This document shows, one piece after another, positions 9,878 through 24,200 of a stretch of 64,000 nucleotides of DNA. The notes under the pieces were generated by a model. It searched no databases, was not told where the DNA came from, and saw nothing but the letters and a program-made list of their open reading frames with translations. The stretch's first letter is position 1; the number at the start of each line of letters is the position of its first letter. A program made the translations under genes and the position numbers. Origin of the DNA: Podarcis muralis (lineage: Eukaryota); the NCBI RefSeq assembly GCF_964188315.1, contig NC_135661.1, forward strand, positions 51,026,001 to 51,090,000, read 5' to 3'.

Positions 9878-12800
9878 ATGGATGAGAGAGTAGCTGAATA
9901 CATTAGAAGAACTGTGCTGCGAATCCCACGTTCCGAAATGGGGAAAATGCTGGCCACATGGGGGTTTCTGTCTGAAACTCAGCTTCAGTCTTTAAACATC
10001 CATCAGCTAAAGGAAAACGTGTCCCAAGAAGTAGTTCGGCTATGTGAGGTGAGAACAGTATTGGAAGGATCATTGTGAAATTTGTACAAATGTCAGTGTT
10101 TTTTCTGCATAAAATAAAAAACATGCTTACTGGGAAACAGTACTGTACTATTTAAGTACTATGACTGTACTATTGGTGGTCTGTGTTTTAAAACTACTTT
10201 TAATAGGAGTTGGTTTCTTAATACTGAAATCTTTCTCAAGTGCCTTTAATAGAGGACCCACCAGAGCTTTGGTGATGTCTTCACCCAAATAAGAGGATGA
10301 GGCAGTGATGTGAGCACATTGGAGTATGTGTGATGGAAAAGTAGTGGTCTTTGCAGTGAGAGAATTTTGAATGCACATTTGGGGAGCACATTTTTCTTAC
10401 ATTTATACCCCATCTTTTTTCTGTCACTATTATTCCTTGCATGGGCAATGATGTAGAACAGGCTTCCTCAAAATCAGCCCTCCAGTTGTTTTTGGCCTGC
10501 AACTCCCATGATCCCTAGCTAGCAGGACCAGTGGTCAGGGATGATGGGAATTGTAGTCTCAAAACATCTGAAGGGCCTAGTTTGAGGAAGCCTGATGTAG
10601 AAAATAGCACTGGCTTTGGCCTTTGGGGTGTATATCTTCTTGTTCCAGTTCTGAGAACTGGAGCATACTGTATCTTCTTGCTCCAGTGCTAGAGTATAGC
10701 AGGGCAATGTGATGGAGCTCCTTTTAGCACCTAATCCAGAAATCTGAGCGCTGTGTAACTGGAACCCTGGGGACAGGGCCACAAACCCCTGCCACTGACA
10801 GTCTGTTACAAATTGTACATGTTGTGTGGGAAATGTGACCTTGGAGCAATTGTGGTGAGGCTCAGGGATACTTTGGCTGTAGATACATTTTGATTTGTAT
10901 AATGATTCTGCAGAATTTTAACAAAATCCATGACTGTTGTAGCCCTTGTTCATCTGTGATGGAGTGCCCCCAGTTTCTTGTCAATGAAGCAACTAATGAA
11001 TAACTAATAGATTTTACAGGTTCAGAGCTTAATAATGAAACAATATTATTTTAATACAAATGCAGTTTTTAACCAGATCTGGACATAGGAGTAAGCCATG
11101 AACCATGGTTTACTGTGAATGAGTAGCATGCTGGTGCACACAGCTCTTTCACATCCACCCCCTCCTCCATGCTTGGAGAAAACAAATCAGGGCATAGACT
11201 TGGTTTTATGTGGGAACGAATGCTCACACATTTGCTTACCTGTTTAGAGAAAACAAACCACTAATGCTGGTTCGCAAGTAATACAAGGTCACTGTTCTAC
11301 TTTGTTTTCTCCTAACATGACATGGAGGGGAGGGGGCTGGTGTGAAGCATGCACCAGTATATTTGGAAAAAACTGTGGCTTGCCATTGTATGCAATTTGG
11401 GCCTATATAATATCGTCTAACTTTTTTGATTAGTTGTTCTTATTGTCTTGAAGGAAAACCATGCAACTATCCAGCATGCAGCAGATCTAGACATAATTTG
11501 TAAGTGAAGTGTTTTCTTATATTTTGTTGTTGTTGTGATTAGTTTCTGTTTTGGTATAAATCAGTTAGATTTTGGTTAAGCACTCAGCACTTCCTTTTGA
11601 TTAGATTAATATTTGTCTTGTCGAAAAAATAAATCATTTAACTTTTAGGTAATACAAGGTAGTTGATCACTCCCCTTTCCTCTTAATTTGATGGTATTGT
11701 TTTCATTACACAGTGATACTAGGCCCAGCTATCCATGTACCATCTTCAGAAGGCAAGAGTCCTCTCCAACCCAGTAATTGTGTTTAGCCAGTACTGTAAT
11801 CGTATTCCCCAATGAACATTCCCAAAGCAAAGAAGTTTCTACTAGACTAAGATTTCATTTCTTTGCAGTATACATAGCTTGAATTACATTTAGAGCCAGA
11901 TAAGGAAATAGGATGCTCTTTTCAACTTCATCCTCTGTTTATTTACAAGTGTCACTGTTTAATTTGGCTTACTGCCACAAGTGTTTATAGGATTACAGTA
12001 CTATTAAATGGTATTTGCATAACTCACTAAATACAAGCTTGAATATTTGTCAGAATCTGAAGGTTTGAATTCCATTGTGATCTGAAATCAGTAGTATTTG
12101 GTAAACATTTACATTGCAGCTATTTATAGTTTACATTGTGAAATGTTAAAATGTAACTACAGTACCCCAGATCATGCATTGATTTCTAGTTTGCTTCAAT
12201 TTTTGAAAAGTAAATGGAGGTTGAAATAATCTATATCCAATGTCAAGTTAAGGAACCATAATTTCTCCTCCTCTCATAATTTGGAATAAATGTTTGGGTA
12301 AATATTTGATCTTTATTGTATTCACATTTCTTGTAAGCTGCTTTATGGTAGAAATAACAATAAGAAGAAATAACTCAACTAGTCACTTGCAGGTTGGATT
12401 TGGCTCCAGAAGAAATTTTAGGCACAAATGGCCCTATGCAAATATAATCAGAATGATATTAAAATTTGCTGACAATTATACTTGTTAGGGAAGTAAATTT
12501 TGGCTGCATGAAGGGATGAGGAAAGTGGGAGTATCTGTGTACAGTATTGTTTAGTAAGCCAAAATGTATGACTTAAGAGTTATCTGCAAATGTGGCCAAT
12601 GAGAATAGTATGTATCTGCACTATTTGGAAATCTGTTTATATCTTACCATTTGAAAACACATGTCCTATTTCTGTGAAGCTCTTAATTGTTGGGTGGAAC
12701 CAGTTTTATTATATGGAAACTGATCATCCATGAAAAGGGTTGGGTTGGATTGTTCTAATCTCCAGAATGTGTAATAGATATCAGTTCCCAAGCATACAGA

Positions 12801-15800
12801 ACTTAGCCATCCTTTCTGTAACAAAGAGCAAAACTGTTGACTAATCAGCAAAATGAAATATGAAATTCCTGTATTGTGTAGGGAGGAGTTGCTAGCTTAT
12901 AACAATTATGGATTCTTGTGTTAATAAGCAATGCTGTTTATTGTCAAATATTTTTCCTCAGACAACTACACATACAGGGACAAAAAGCTTTGGACTGTTT
13001 ACCAAATGACAAAAGAAGGTGGTAAGTGTTTATAATTATCAAAAGCATTATATAAATAAGTGAAGTGCCCAGTTATCTGTTATAGTCTTATTTTGCTTAT
13101 CCTAACTTTAAAGTGGATTATGTCAGCTATCTTTTAAAATTTGCTGGAAACCTCTAAAATTTTGCTGTTTTTCTTGCAGACCTTTGACTGTTTAGCAGAG
13201 CTCAAAGGGTTGGGTTTTTCTTAATGCTACTTAAAGACCAAGATATACTTCTTCCTTCCATAATAAAACATTTCCCCCAGGAAATGAACAGAGCAATCTA
13301 ACTGGGATGTGTGTATGTATGGATCCACCACCATATCCTAAGCCTCACCAACTCATGCCAGCCAGGGTGGCAGATTAGTTTTCATTACACCAGCTCTAGA
13401 CTTGCTTTGAGGAAAGAGCAACTTTATTATGCCCTTTCCAGAACTATTGTCTACAGCAGCCATTCCATCCTATAGGAGAAGGTACTGCGGGATCTTTCCA
13501 TAAACTCTGCTGGAAGATCAGAAACTTTGGTCCCTTCTCTCCTTGAATTCCTGTAATTCCAGGTGATCATTATAAGAACTGAGAAACAGTGACTAAATTT
13601 TATTTCTCTCCCAACCCTTTTTCATTTTGTATTTCATATTTTTTATTGCATTCCTGAGGGCAGGGATATGAGACCGTCTCAGAAAAGTTTTTTAACTAAA
13701 GAGCAGGATTTTAAAATTATTAATAATAAATAAATAATTTGGTATTTTGCATGATTGAACTAAAATAATGCAAGTTATGTTTGGAATGAAGCTTATTTTA
13801 AAATGTTTTATTTTATTGGCAGGTGATGAATATGACATTTTTGACTTGGCAGATTTTAAAAAGAAATTTAAAAGAAGTCTTCAGTCAGCTTTGAAAAATG
13901 TGAGCATAAACAATGCTAATATTTTGGGTTCTCTTAAATGTTTTGTTATCCTGTTGTATAAAAATAATGTAAATTTATAGTAATTTGAAACTAAATGGAG
14001 AAATGTCTACCATCTATCCAATTTAGCAGTGATCCTTGGGTTTGTTTTTTTTTTAAAAAAATGCAGTATTTAGTATCATATTGGAAGGTAATTAGGTGTG
14101 CTTCATATCTCATAACTTCTTTGTATACATTGTAGAAACCATTGTGTTAAAGTAGTTCATGATGTGTTTGCTGCCTCTTGTAACACACATATAAGAAACA
14201 ACTATGTCTATACTTCTTGGCCTTTAAATATAGGGTTCTCAGTACTTTGAGTGCCCACTTCTGCCAGCTAGACTGCAATATATATTTTTCCTTTATCTTT
14301 ACTTCAGGTAACTATCAGCTTTAAAGAGTTTGAAGACAATGCAATTTGGATTCGCATTGCATGGGGAACACAGTATACAAAGCCCAACCAATACAAGCCA
14401 TCCTATGTAGCTTACATTTCACAGACTCCTTATGTGTTCATATCCAGCTCTAGAAATAAGAACTGCAAACCGTTACTTTTGCAGGTAAATACATTATGTC
14501 TGGTAAAGATTTGTTTTTCTGTCATCTTCAAGGTAATTTCTAAACTTAGATTTAGTAAGAGTGAATGAACAAGCAACTGGAAATTACTGCTCAGTTGCAT
14601 GATATCCTACAGAGGTGTATACTCTGAAATTCAATATCAAATTCCAATTCTAAAACAGAAATAATGGAACAACTCTTTCAACTCCAACTAAACTAGCACC
14701 TTCATTTTTAATTAAAGGCCCTGCTGATTGCCGCCAGTTACAATGACATCCATGAAATGGACCTCCGAAGCCATTGTTTAGACTCGCTTAAAGATATTTT
14801 ACTTAAGCGATGTAGCCAGGTGAGTTATTTAAGTATACTATTCTAAGTCAATGGGGGGGGGGGCTGCTTCTAAAATTCTCAGGAGGTAAGGAAATTTTCT
14901 CCTTCAAAGAGATTGCTTATAGTGCTACAGAGCTGTACAGTCTTACAATCAGGAAGAGATAATAAAGGCCAGAATTAGTTTCCCTCCTGCTTTTAGAGCC
15001 GTTATTGAGTTTTTATCATTTCTGTCTGTTATCACTTAATCTCAAAATATGCCATTGAACTGCTTTGCATTACATGCTAAGCTGAACCTTGCTAAGTCAC
15101 TTTGCTCCTCCCCTGTCCTTTTTGCTATTGTGCTAAGCCAAGGTTTGGCTTGATGTGCTGTCTGAACTGCAGCTTGTGGTTAAGATCTCTGTTCACTAAT
15201 CATGAGCTGTAGCCAAGGTTTGTTCTTGGCTACATTTCGTGGTTATTGAAGAGAGAGTTGAGCCAAGGGTCCTTCACTGAGCACTGGCAAGAAGGAAAAA
15301 TAGTCTAATGTTCAAAGCAGAGGTTGTGGTTTGTTTTCCTCTAAACAAACCACAACAAGAAGTCAGCATTTTTAATATAAATCAGATTGCAGTTTTGTGA
15401 TGGTTTGTTTCGTCATAAACTAGAAGGAGGAGCAAAACAGCCCTGATGGAGTCATTAAGCATAATATATAGTTAACAGTTTCTCATGGCATGCAAACTGG
15501 GTCTTAAGTCAATGAACTTGGAATATTGGTTGTATACAAAGTCCTACTTGGAGTAGACCTATTGAAATTGATGGACCTAATTTAGTCATGCCCATTCACT
15601 TCAGTGGGTCTTCTCTAAGTAGGACAAGCATTGAATGCAATGCAGTTTCATACAACCACTCATTAGAGGCAAAAATACACTAACAATGTTCTATCACTAT
15701 TCTATCTCTCCATGGACCCCCCTCCTCCAGAAATTTCAAACTCATCACCCACAACCTCAACAAGAACGAAATTGCATTCTGCAAAGAGGTATCCATAATA

Positions 15801-18800
15801 TCTTGGTTTAAAACTCTATATAGCAAAACAGTATATTTAAATATTAAGAAGTCTGGCCATTGTAAGGAGGTCCATGTTTACCACATGACTATCTGTTTTG
15901 GGGTGCCCTTATCCCCTATGTGTGTGTGCACAGGAAGTGGTTCAGCAAGTTGTGCACTAATTGGAGAGGTTTATCAATCTTCTAAAATATTTAAATAAAT
16001 ATTCAGAAACTTAAATAGTGGCTAATATTTGTCTTGCATGCATTTAACTCACAGCTGGAAGTTCATAGCTTTCTCTGGTGTTGATATGTTCACTTTTAGT
16101 ATGTTTGTTATAGAGTAAATGAATGGGGGGGGGCACTGCAGCACAATTCATATAGTACTTCAAGCACACAACAGTGGACTGCGTGTGTATGTCTTACTCT
16201 GTTGCATCATGACCTTTACATCTTTGGAATTCTGTTCAGTTCTGAATGCCACTTTGAAAAGGATAACATTTTACATGAAATTTTATATGGTTCTGTACTT
16301 TCAGTGGATCCAAATATAGTTAAGGAAGATAAACTTAAAAAGGAAAGAACTGAAAGAATTAATGAGGAAGCCTTTGGTGATGGTCCTCAGCCAAAACTAG
16401 AGTTTGCACAATACAAGGTAAAATTATATTTAATGCATATTATATAATTTTAATGCACAAATATACATTTATTATGTATATGTATTCTATAAAATTTATT
16501 TTTGCACAAAACAATACTTAGGGCTGAAGTGTCAGTTAACTACTTAGATTAATTGAATAAGACTATTTGATCAACTGAAAAAGGTGCCATTAATCAGATT
16601 AAAAAGAAATACGGGAATATATGAAACTGTATGGTAGGCACCATCTCAGGGGAGGTACTCCCCTGTGTAAGATGCACAAACAAGTTCAGTTTTTATTCTG
16701 TTTATTCTATTACAACTTCAATCCCATTTGTTTACTCAGAAGTAAGTTCCTATGTTCAATTAGAGTTGTTTGTGGCCTAAAATTCATATTATTGACTAAG
16801 TTTTCTATTTCTGTAGCAGCCCTGCAATTTTTATAAGATAGGTTAACTGTTAGCGTGCAGATTTCATTGTACTAACTGAAAGAGTATTGATTTGTTCCTC
16901 AGTGTTGCATGAGTCCATTCTTATACTGTATAGACTGCTTGAAATACAGTCTAAAACCCTGGGCTTAAATGGCTTACTTTTCTTAAATGAACTATTTTAC
17001 ATACACATGGGCTTTCCAGCCGTGCATGCAGATCATTACCCTGTATACAGAATGGCGATATTCCTTTGATGTTGTAATTGATACATCATGGTCTTGAAAT
17101 GTTAAAGTACTTTTCTCAATTCACAACTACCCCAGAGGGTAGTGTACTGAGACTGAAGTAATTCTTACGCTTTTTAATTGAGCCAATACTGTAGCAATAC
17201 TGAGACAGTAAATTAGAATATGTAGCTTAGTGCAGTGATAAAAATGGAATCAAAATTGCTACGGATGTTTTGGGTTCTTTAAAACTATGAATGAGGCTGT
17301 TTTAGGCATTGTTGCCTATTTGCCACAGGGGGGCACTCTTTGGTTTTTTTTTTAATGCACATCTATTGAACCTGTTTTCTTTAATGTTTTTGTGACAGAA
17401 GGCCCAAGTAAAGTGGTACAATACAGGTAGAATTCCACCAGAGTGATATAGTTCTCCATATGTTGAGCTCAAACTTCACTGATTGGCTCTGTGTGTGTGT
17501 ATACACACACATACTTAAGAAAACATAAGTACTTTGAAAAAAACAGGATTGTAAAATCTGAAAAAGTTGCTGTTCCTGTTTGTAGATTTCTTAAAGAAAA
17601 TGCATAAAGCTCTTTTAAAATGACGTGCGAGAAAGGATAACTGTTGGATTCTGAGAGCAGATAATTAATGGACCACCATGGTATCTTAAACCAGGATCCT
17701 GAGTGTAATAATCTGTTGGCTGAAAATGAAGTGTAGTTTTAGCACTTTGAACTGTAAAAATAATTATCTGCTTATTATAAGCTACAAAGAGCTCTTTTTT
17801 ATAAACCCATTTATTGATTTGACTTACAGCTTGAGACTATGTTCAGAAATGAACAAGAAAATGGTATCTTGAACAATAAAGACCCGTTTAGATGTATGGT
17901 CAAGTTTTCTAGTCCTCATCTTTTAGAGTCACTGAAATCCCTAGCACCTGCCGGTAAGTGTTCCAGTGTCTGAGAATGCACACTCATAGTATTATGTTTT
18001 GTATGCTTATCTGGTGCATAAGGATTCCATAGAAGCAGTAATTCCTGAGTTTCAGTACCACCACTGCCAAACTTATTTTTAATGTTTTAAAACTGGTTTA
18101 GGCTTTAAATGACAGCTGATAATCAGACAACTGGCAAAATATACTCTGTTTCACTTGTCAGTGGAACCTCTACTTACGGACGTAATCAATTCCAGAGGTC
18201 TGTCCATAAGTTGATCAGGGTCGCTGGTAGAAGCGCTGTTGTGTGCAGGTGCATTCAGCAGCAGCCACTTTTGCGCATGCACAAATCGCAGCAAACCCTG
18301 TATTTACTTCCGGGTTTGCCATGGTCGCAACTTGGATCAGGCCCAAGTAGAGGCAGTCATAGGTATAGGTTCTACTGTATTTAAGTGCCAAAAATTGATT
18401 TGAGGAATATTGGCTGTGCCAACATTCCAACATAAGCTAAGATGCAGGCAAATGATTCCATAACATCTTCAGAGCCCTTAAGCACTGCAGCTGAATGTTC
18501 AGACTTCAGTTCCTATTGCTTGACTTGCACAGGGGATTGAGAAACTGAAATGTATCAAACTATGCAAGCAGGAGACATTAGGGGCTGAACTTGACTAATG
18601 GTCCCCTAGTGTGGGGTAGGGAACTATTGGACCAACCCCTATGACATCTAGTAAGTAAGGCAAATTATGAGAGTTGTAATAAGCATGGTTAATTAAGGGT
18701 CATCAGTTCTCCAGTCCTGGTCTAGTGTAACATACAGAGGATTATAGACTATTATAATGATCTAGAATAAAATGCATGTGCATAAACCAAGTGAAGAGCT

Positions 18801-19057
18801 GTATTTAAAAGAAAAGGCTTATGTGACCCTTAAAAGACAGGTCCCACCAACTGTTTTGTTCTTTGGACAGCTGTACTTTCAAGGCAATATGGAACCATAT
18901 GCAAAACTTAGAACTGATTCTAATTTTGTTTTCTTCTATTCTAGGGCTGGCAGATGTTCCCCCTTCACCATTACTTACTTGCATCACCCAAAAAGCCAGG
19001 AACTATTTTAGAATTAATGAGAGAAAAAGTGCACTATCACAAACCCTTGCAAGCTAA
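9878..19057 (+). CDS. CENPN: Centromere protein N; join(9878-10048,11454-11499,12962-13021,13823-13899,14308-14484,14718-14819,15731-15788,16305-16417,17830-17953,18945-19057), 1041 nt, 346 aa
   Basis: All introns are GT-AG and phases join into one frame. Peptides MDERVAEYIRRTVLRIP, AIWIRIAWGTQYTKPNQYKP, FGDGPQPKLEFAQYK, VKFSSPHLLESLKSLAPA and GLADVPPSPLLTCI match vertebrate CENP-N, and exon sizes mirror the human gene as I recall it. Confidence 0.97.
10459..10594. mobile_element. hAT-type palindromic MITE
   Basis: Inverted ends CAGGCTTCCTCAAA...TTTGAGGAAGCCTG and a perfect 8-bp TSD ATGTAGAA. Confidence 0.9.
18159..18377. mobile_element. Tc1/mariner (Tigger-like) MITE
   Basis: Ends CAGTGGAACCTC...GGTTCTACTG followed by TA. 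Confidence 0.7.
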
Positions 19058-19394
19058 TGACATTTTTAGACAAAGGAGTGGATTATTTCTCTTCAGCAAA
19101 ATAAAACAACATGGAATCTATTCCCACAAACTTCTTACAATTCAGTTGGTCATATTACAATATGACATCTTAGCAGGCTGTAGCCTGCTAGCTGGTGTGA
19201 CCTGTTGACCAGAGTCTGTGTGTACTTCCTGGACAATGAGTAGGTGAACTTCTTTAGCAAATAACTGAAGTTAGATGTGATATCAAAGTGCTTGATTGTT
19301 TAACCAAATGAAACTAAAATTCTTATTGATATGATATTAAAATTATAATAAACATGGTGCTTGTAATATTAGTTTTGAAATAGCTGTGTGATTA

Positions 19395-19450
19395 AATAAA
19401 TGAAAGCTTATAACTGCTTGAGTCCAAGTTTTTTCACAAGAGTAAATAAA
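19395..19450 (+). terminator. Candidate CENPN polyadenylation signals
   Basis: AATAAA at 19395-19400 and 19445-19450, about 340-390 nt after the stop codon. Confidence 0.6.
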
Positions 19451-20689
19451 GCTATTACATTTTACTGCCACTTCCCATTTAATACAGTAGTGTGCTTATC
19501 AAAGAACTGGAATTAGTAATGCATTTCCTTGTTCTCTAGTCCAGTGGCTTACACATTCTTGCTGTTTTACCCCCAAATGTAATCATCAGTAGTGATAGTG
19601 ATATGATGTATACAAAACTCAAGCTGTGTACAGTATAATGAGACAAACTCTGAAGCAGCCAGCCCCTCTGAATAACAAAATACCCTGATTCAAAGCACTG
19701 CAAAGTCTGAGCATGTAACTGGCCCCATTATACTGGTAGTATCTCTTTTATATCAAGTATGTGTGCCTCTGTTGAATTACAATCAGATTTCCAAAGAAGG
19801 TTGAGAGACAGCATATTTTAGAGAATCAAAGATTTCTTTACTATAGATGTAAAATCATTATTTTGAATTTTTAAAGGTTAAACACTGACATTAATGAATA
19901 TTTAATCCAACTGCTAACTGTATTCCTTCTTCTTTAATATAAGCCTTTTTTAGATTTTCTTCCTATTCTTATTTAATGTCCAAACCTGTTTTGAAGTTAA
20001 TTCACATGTTCTGGGGTACTCATTTTGACTTGGAAGAAAAACACAATTTTATAGTTCAAATTGGGAAAAATAAATACAGTAAATAGACAAAAGTACAAAG
20101 ATTCATAAAACGTTTAGGGGTATGCGTACCCCTGTGTCCCCCCCAGAAAAAACACTGTGTGTACATATCAATTTGAGTTCATTTAACAGGTAGATTTGGA
20201 ATGTAGAGATCTGTATTCCAGTGTTAATGACATCCATAGCTTCATACATTTGGAAAAATTCATACTTTTTTTTGCGCTTTGTCCCTGTGTAAAATGGGAT
20301 TGAGTTCATCTGAGGATGTACACATTTGCGTCGGCAGGGGTTAATAAACTGAGGATTTGCCCCCTAACATGAAGCCTGCCCGCCCCCCAACATAAATCCT
20401 GGCTACGCCCATGGATGTACACAAGTTGCAAACAAACTTTTGCAAATAACAAAAGAATTTCTACCTATCGGTTCTCAGTTGCGGTCAGGCCTCAGAACCC
20501 AAGATCTTTCATATGCAACTGCTGAATGGGGGGGGGGGGGTAACCACCACCCTGTTTTGTCCACATTCTTATCAATAAGCCATATTCCATTTTACAAATG
20601 GAGAGATAGAAAATGCTGGTCTACTTTTATTTCCAGCCGCGGATAATATCTGGAAGGCACTAGGCGCAAACTGGGTGTGGGACTTGTTT

Positions 20690-21250
20690 CGTAGAACGCG
20701 CGCCCCTCATGAATATGGAAAACGCCAAGTATAAATATGTATGAGCTCCCTGTCAGTCTCTCCGCCGAGTTCCCTTCCACGCTCTTTCTCCCTCTCCTCC
20801 CGCCACCGGAAGTGCCCCGCCGGTCGGCGGATCGGGAACGGCCGAGAGCAACATGGCGGCTACGGCAGCAGCAGCGGCGGCGGCAGGAGGAGCCGCGGCA
20901 GCAGCCGTGTCACGAGCGCCGCCCGCTCGGCGGCCCGGCCTGGGCCTGGGGCTCGGCCGCCCTCCGCGCTCGGCGCCGCGCGGCCCCCGCGAGCGGCCGT
21001 CGAGCCCGTGGGAGCTGGTGAGGCCCTCGGTGACGGAGCTCTCGCGGGCCGTCAGGAGCAACATCCTGTGCACGGTGCCCGGCTGCGGCAAAGTGCTGCC
21101 CAACCCGCCGGCGCTGAGCATGCACCTCAGCAAGGCCCACGGCGTGCAGCAGCAGCAGCAGGTAAGTGGCGGCGGCGGCGCCCTCCCCTCTCCCGCTCTT
21201 CCGGGGACCCAGCGCCTTCCCTCTCCCTCCAGAGGCGCGCCAGAGAGAGG
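20690..21250 (+). promoter_or_regulatory. CpG island, ATMIN promoter and exon 1
   Basis: CpG-rich. ETS/GABP-type CCGGAAGTG at 20806-20814 and a YY1-like AACATGGCGGC overlapping the start codon. Confidence 0.85.
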
Positions 21251-24200
21251 TTTCATTTCAGCCCCACTTTTTAGCATTCGGTTTCTTTATAAGCTTCCCA
21301 GGTACCAATGTACTACTGATGGGTAGCTATCAGAATTCAATTATTTTCATTGATGGCGGCTATCTGAATTCAAATGTTAATGTTAATAATCACTCCCTTC
21401 CAGCATCGGTTTGTTCACAACGTTCCCAAGTATTGGTGGGTAGCTGGCAAAATTCAATTATTAATTATAATATTCAGCCCCTCCTCATATCCCAGGCAAT
21501 AATTATTAACTGTTAGCTATAGACAGTTATTAATAATAATCACAGCAACAAAAGCCCTTTTCCTATTCTACGCACCCCACCCCTTTTGGTTGATTTACCT
21601 CAGTTACTCCTTTCCCCTCCCTCCCTCCCCCAGCGGCATTCTTAATATCTTTTTAATGCTCTGTTGTTGTTGTGAGCCACCTTGAGCTCATTTTCTTTGC
21701 TTGAAAAGTGGTGTGCCAGTACAATGTTAAATCAAACCTCAGAGACTCCCTTTCCCACTCACAGTTACTTCTTAGCTTTATTTAAAGGTTTCAGGCATAT
21801 CTAGCAAAGCTGCCAGGACGCCATACAACCATGATAATAAAATACATTTTTTTAAAAAAGCAAATGTTAGGGAGGGCCCATAGCTAAAGTGATGCACATC
21901 CTTTGCATGCAAAAAGCTCCAGGTTTAGTCTTGGGACAAGATTCAATTTCTGCTAGTTGTGGCAGATGATACTGGGCTGGATGAACCATTTGATCAGATT
22001 TGGTGTGAGGTAGCTTCCTAGTTGCTTATGCAGAAGATTCCTTGTTCAATACTGAGCACCTCCAGTTAAAAGGATCTTATTGGGAAATAATTCTCCTTGA
22101 GACCCAAGAGCTGCGGTCAGTCAGGATAGAAAATACTGAATTAGATAACCATTGGTGTAAGACTGGGAGTAGCCAACATGGTGCCCTCTAGACATTTTGG
22201 ACTACAGCTGCCACCATCAGCCCCAGCCATCATGGCCAGTGATCAGATATTATGGGGGGATCATAGTCCATAACAACTGGTGGCCACCACATTGCCATTC
22301 CTGATCTAAGTCATATGAATGTGGTATATGAAAGTGCCATACTTTGTCCTTTGAGTCAGTATAATGGGCTGTATCCAAGGTTAGTTCTACTCAGAGAAGA
22401 CCCATGGAAACCCAACCCACTGTAACATCATTTCATATGCTTTGAATGTAGAAGGTTTCAGGTTCAATCATCAGTATCTCCAAATGTTGGGAGTATAGTC
22501 AGACTATACTCAGCCTGAAATAAGTTAGTGAGGGTCTTATAGGGGGGAGGCAAAACACTGGGTTTATTGAAATCAAAGTTAGAGAGGTCTCATACACTCA
22601 CAAACACTCTGTGATGGAGTGGGGTTTGTGGTGGAAGCTTTACACTGCAGAGATCTTGCCCCTCCCCAAATGGTTCTGTCCCTCTAATACCTTTTATCCC
22701 TCAATAACTTGATCATCTGAGCCTCTTCGTCTGTTCACTTAGTACTTCCCAAAATTCTCTAGTTCGTAACTTGGTGGATTGGCATCATAATTGCAAGTAA
22801 CTTTGGCATTATCAGGATGTTTTCTGTTCTTCCTGGGGAAGACTGGGTACCAGCTATCCTTGGAATGTTATTTTCCTCTCATGCTTCTGGAATTTCTGTT
22901 AATCATAGGTTAGCCTGTGACTTCCAAGGACTGTGGCTCTTATTGTGGGTTCTTAACTCTGTAGCTTCATGATGATTCTGTAGAGGCAGAATTCTAATGC
23001 TTTGTTTATTTGTGATACTTAGCAGTTCAGCTCAGCTGCCATCCTACTTCCTTTCCTTTAGTAATTTTTCAGCAGAAAGTATCCATTCTAACCATTCATT
23101 CACAGAGTTGCAATACATACCGTAATTGGTAATCATCCACCACACATTCTGCTTGACCTAGAACAATGTGTAACATAAGTACAGTGGTACCTCGGGTTAC
23201 GTACTTAATTCCGTTCTTAACCAGAAACTGTTCTTAACCTGAAGCACCACTTCAGCTAATGGGGCCTCCTGCTGCCGCCGCGCCACCGGAGCACGATTTC
23301 TGTTCTCATCCTGAAGCAAAGTTCTTAACCCGAGGTACTATTTCTGGGTTAGTCTGTAACCTGAAGCGTATGTAACCCGAGGTACCACTGTAAAGGGTTG
23401 TTTGAGTAACAGGGCTGGGGAAGACTTGCCTGTAATATTGGAGAACCACTGATCTTGCTCCCTCATAGTAAGCAGGTTTAGAACCAAAGCCCGAACTAGA
23501 AGTCTCAAGTGACTACATAATTTGAACTGGACCTTCCAGACACTTGCTGCTGCCACCACCTATTTAGCCCCATATGATGATATGTCTTTCTGCAAAAAGG
23601 AGACAAGTAGTGGCACCACTAAACTGTGACCCTCACCATAAGCATCTGACAAATCCCCTCACTATGATCCTCCTGTACACTCTCTCACACAAACATATTT
23701 ACACACTAAAAAGCTTTTTCTGTAAGCAAATATGAGGAGGCGCCTCTTGAAGGGCCAAATTATAAACCCACCCTAAAATCTGTTTCTTAGGCTCTTATAT
23801 AAATGTACTAGGTGCAGGTTAGGGTTTATTCAAACTCTCAGAATCCTTCTAATACTATGACCCACTGATACAAGTTGCAGCTTCATTTGGCCTTGTTGCA
23901 TCCCTTCCTGATTCCTCACTCCAGCCAAACATCCTGCCCGCCAAGCTGTGCTGTTACTAAAATCAGGCAAGAGCATCCCCATTTAAAATATTTAGAAATC
24001 CCTTCCTAAGCTCTGAAACTGTACTTCATCTAAGCTTTCTAGGTTCAATGAACAGTATCCCCTCACCATCTACATTGCTTTATCGCAACCTATGTGCTCT
24101 TTCACTCCACAAATTCACTCTGTACAGTGGTACCTTGGTTCTCAAACTTAATCCATTCCGGAAGTCCGTTCCAAAACCAAAGTGCGCTTTCCCATAGAAA

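Noticed and set aside
19020-19057. CENP-N C-terminal extension (KSALSQTLAS) and Arg at residue 4
   Set aside because: Small differences from human that I cannot evaluate without an ortholog alignment.
20737-21326. Several overlapping 76-177 aa ORFs on both strands, likewise at 55153-55973 and 62740-63843
   Set aside because: Stop-poor GC-rich island sequence; only the ATMIN frame and the 63741 frame have Kozak, splice or composition support.
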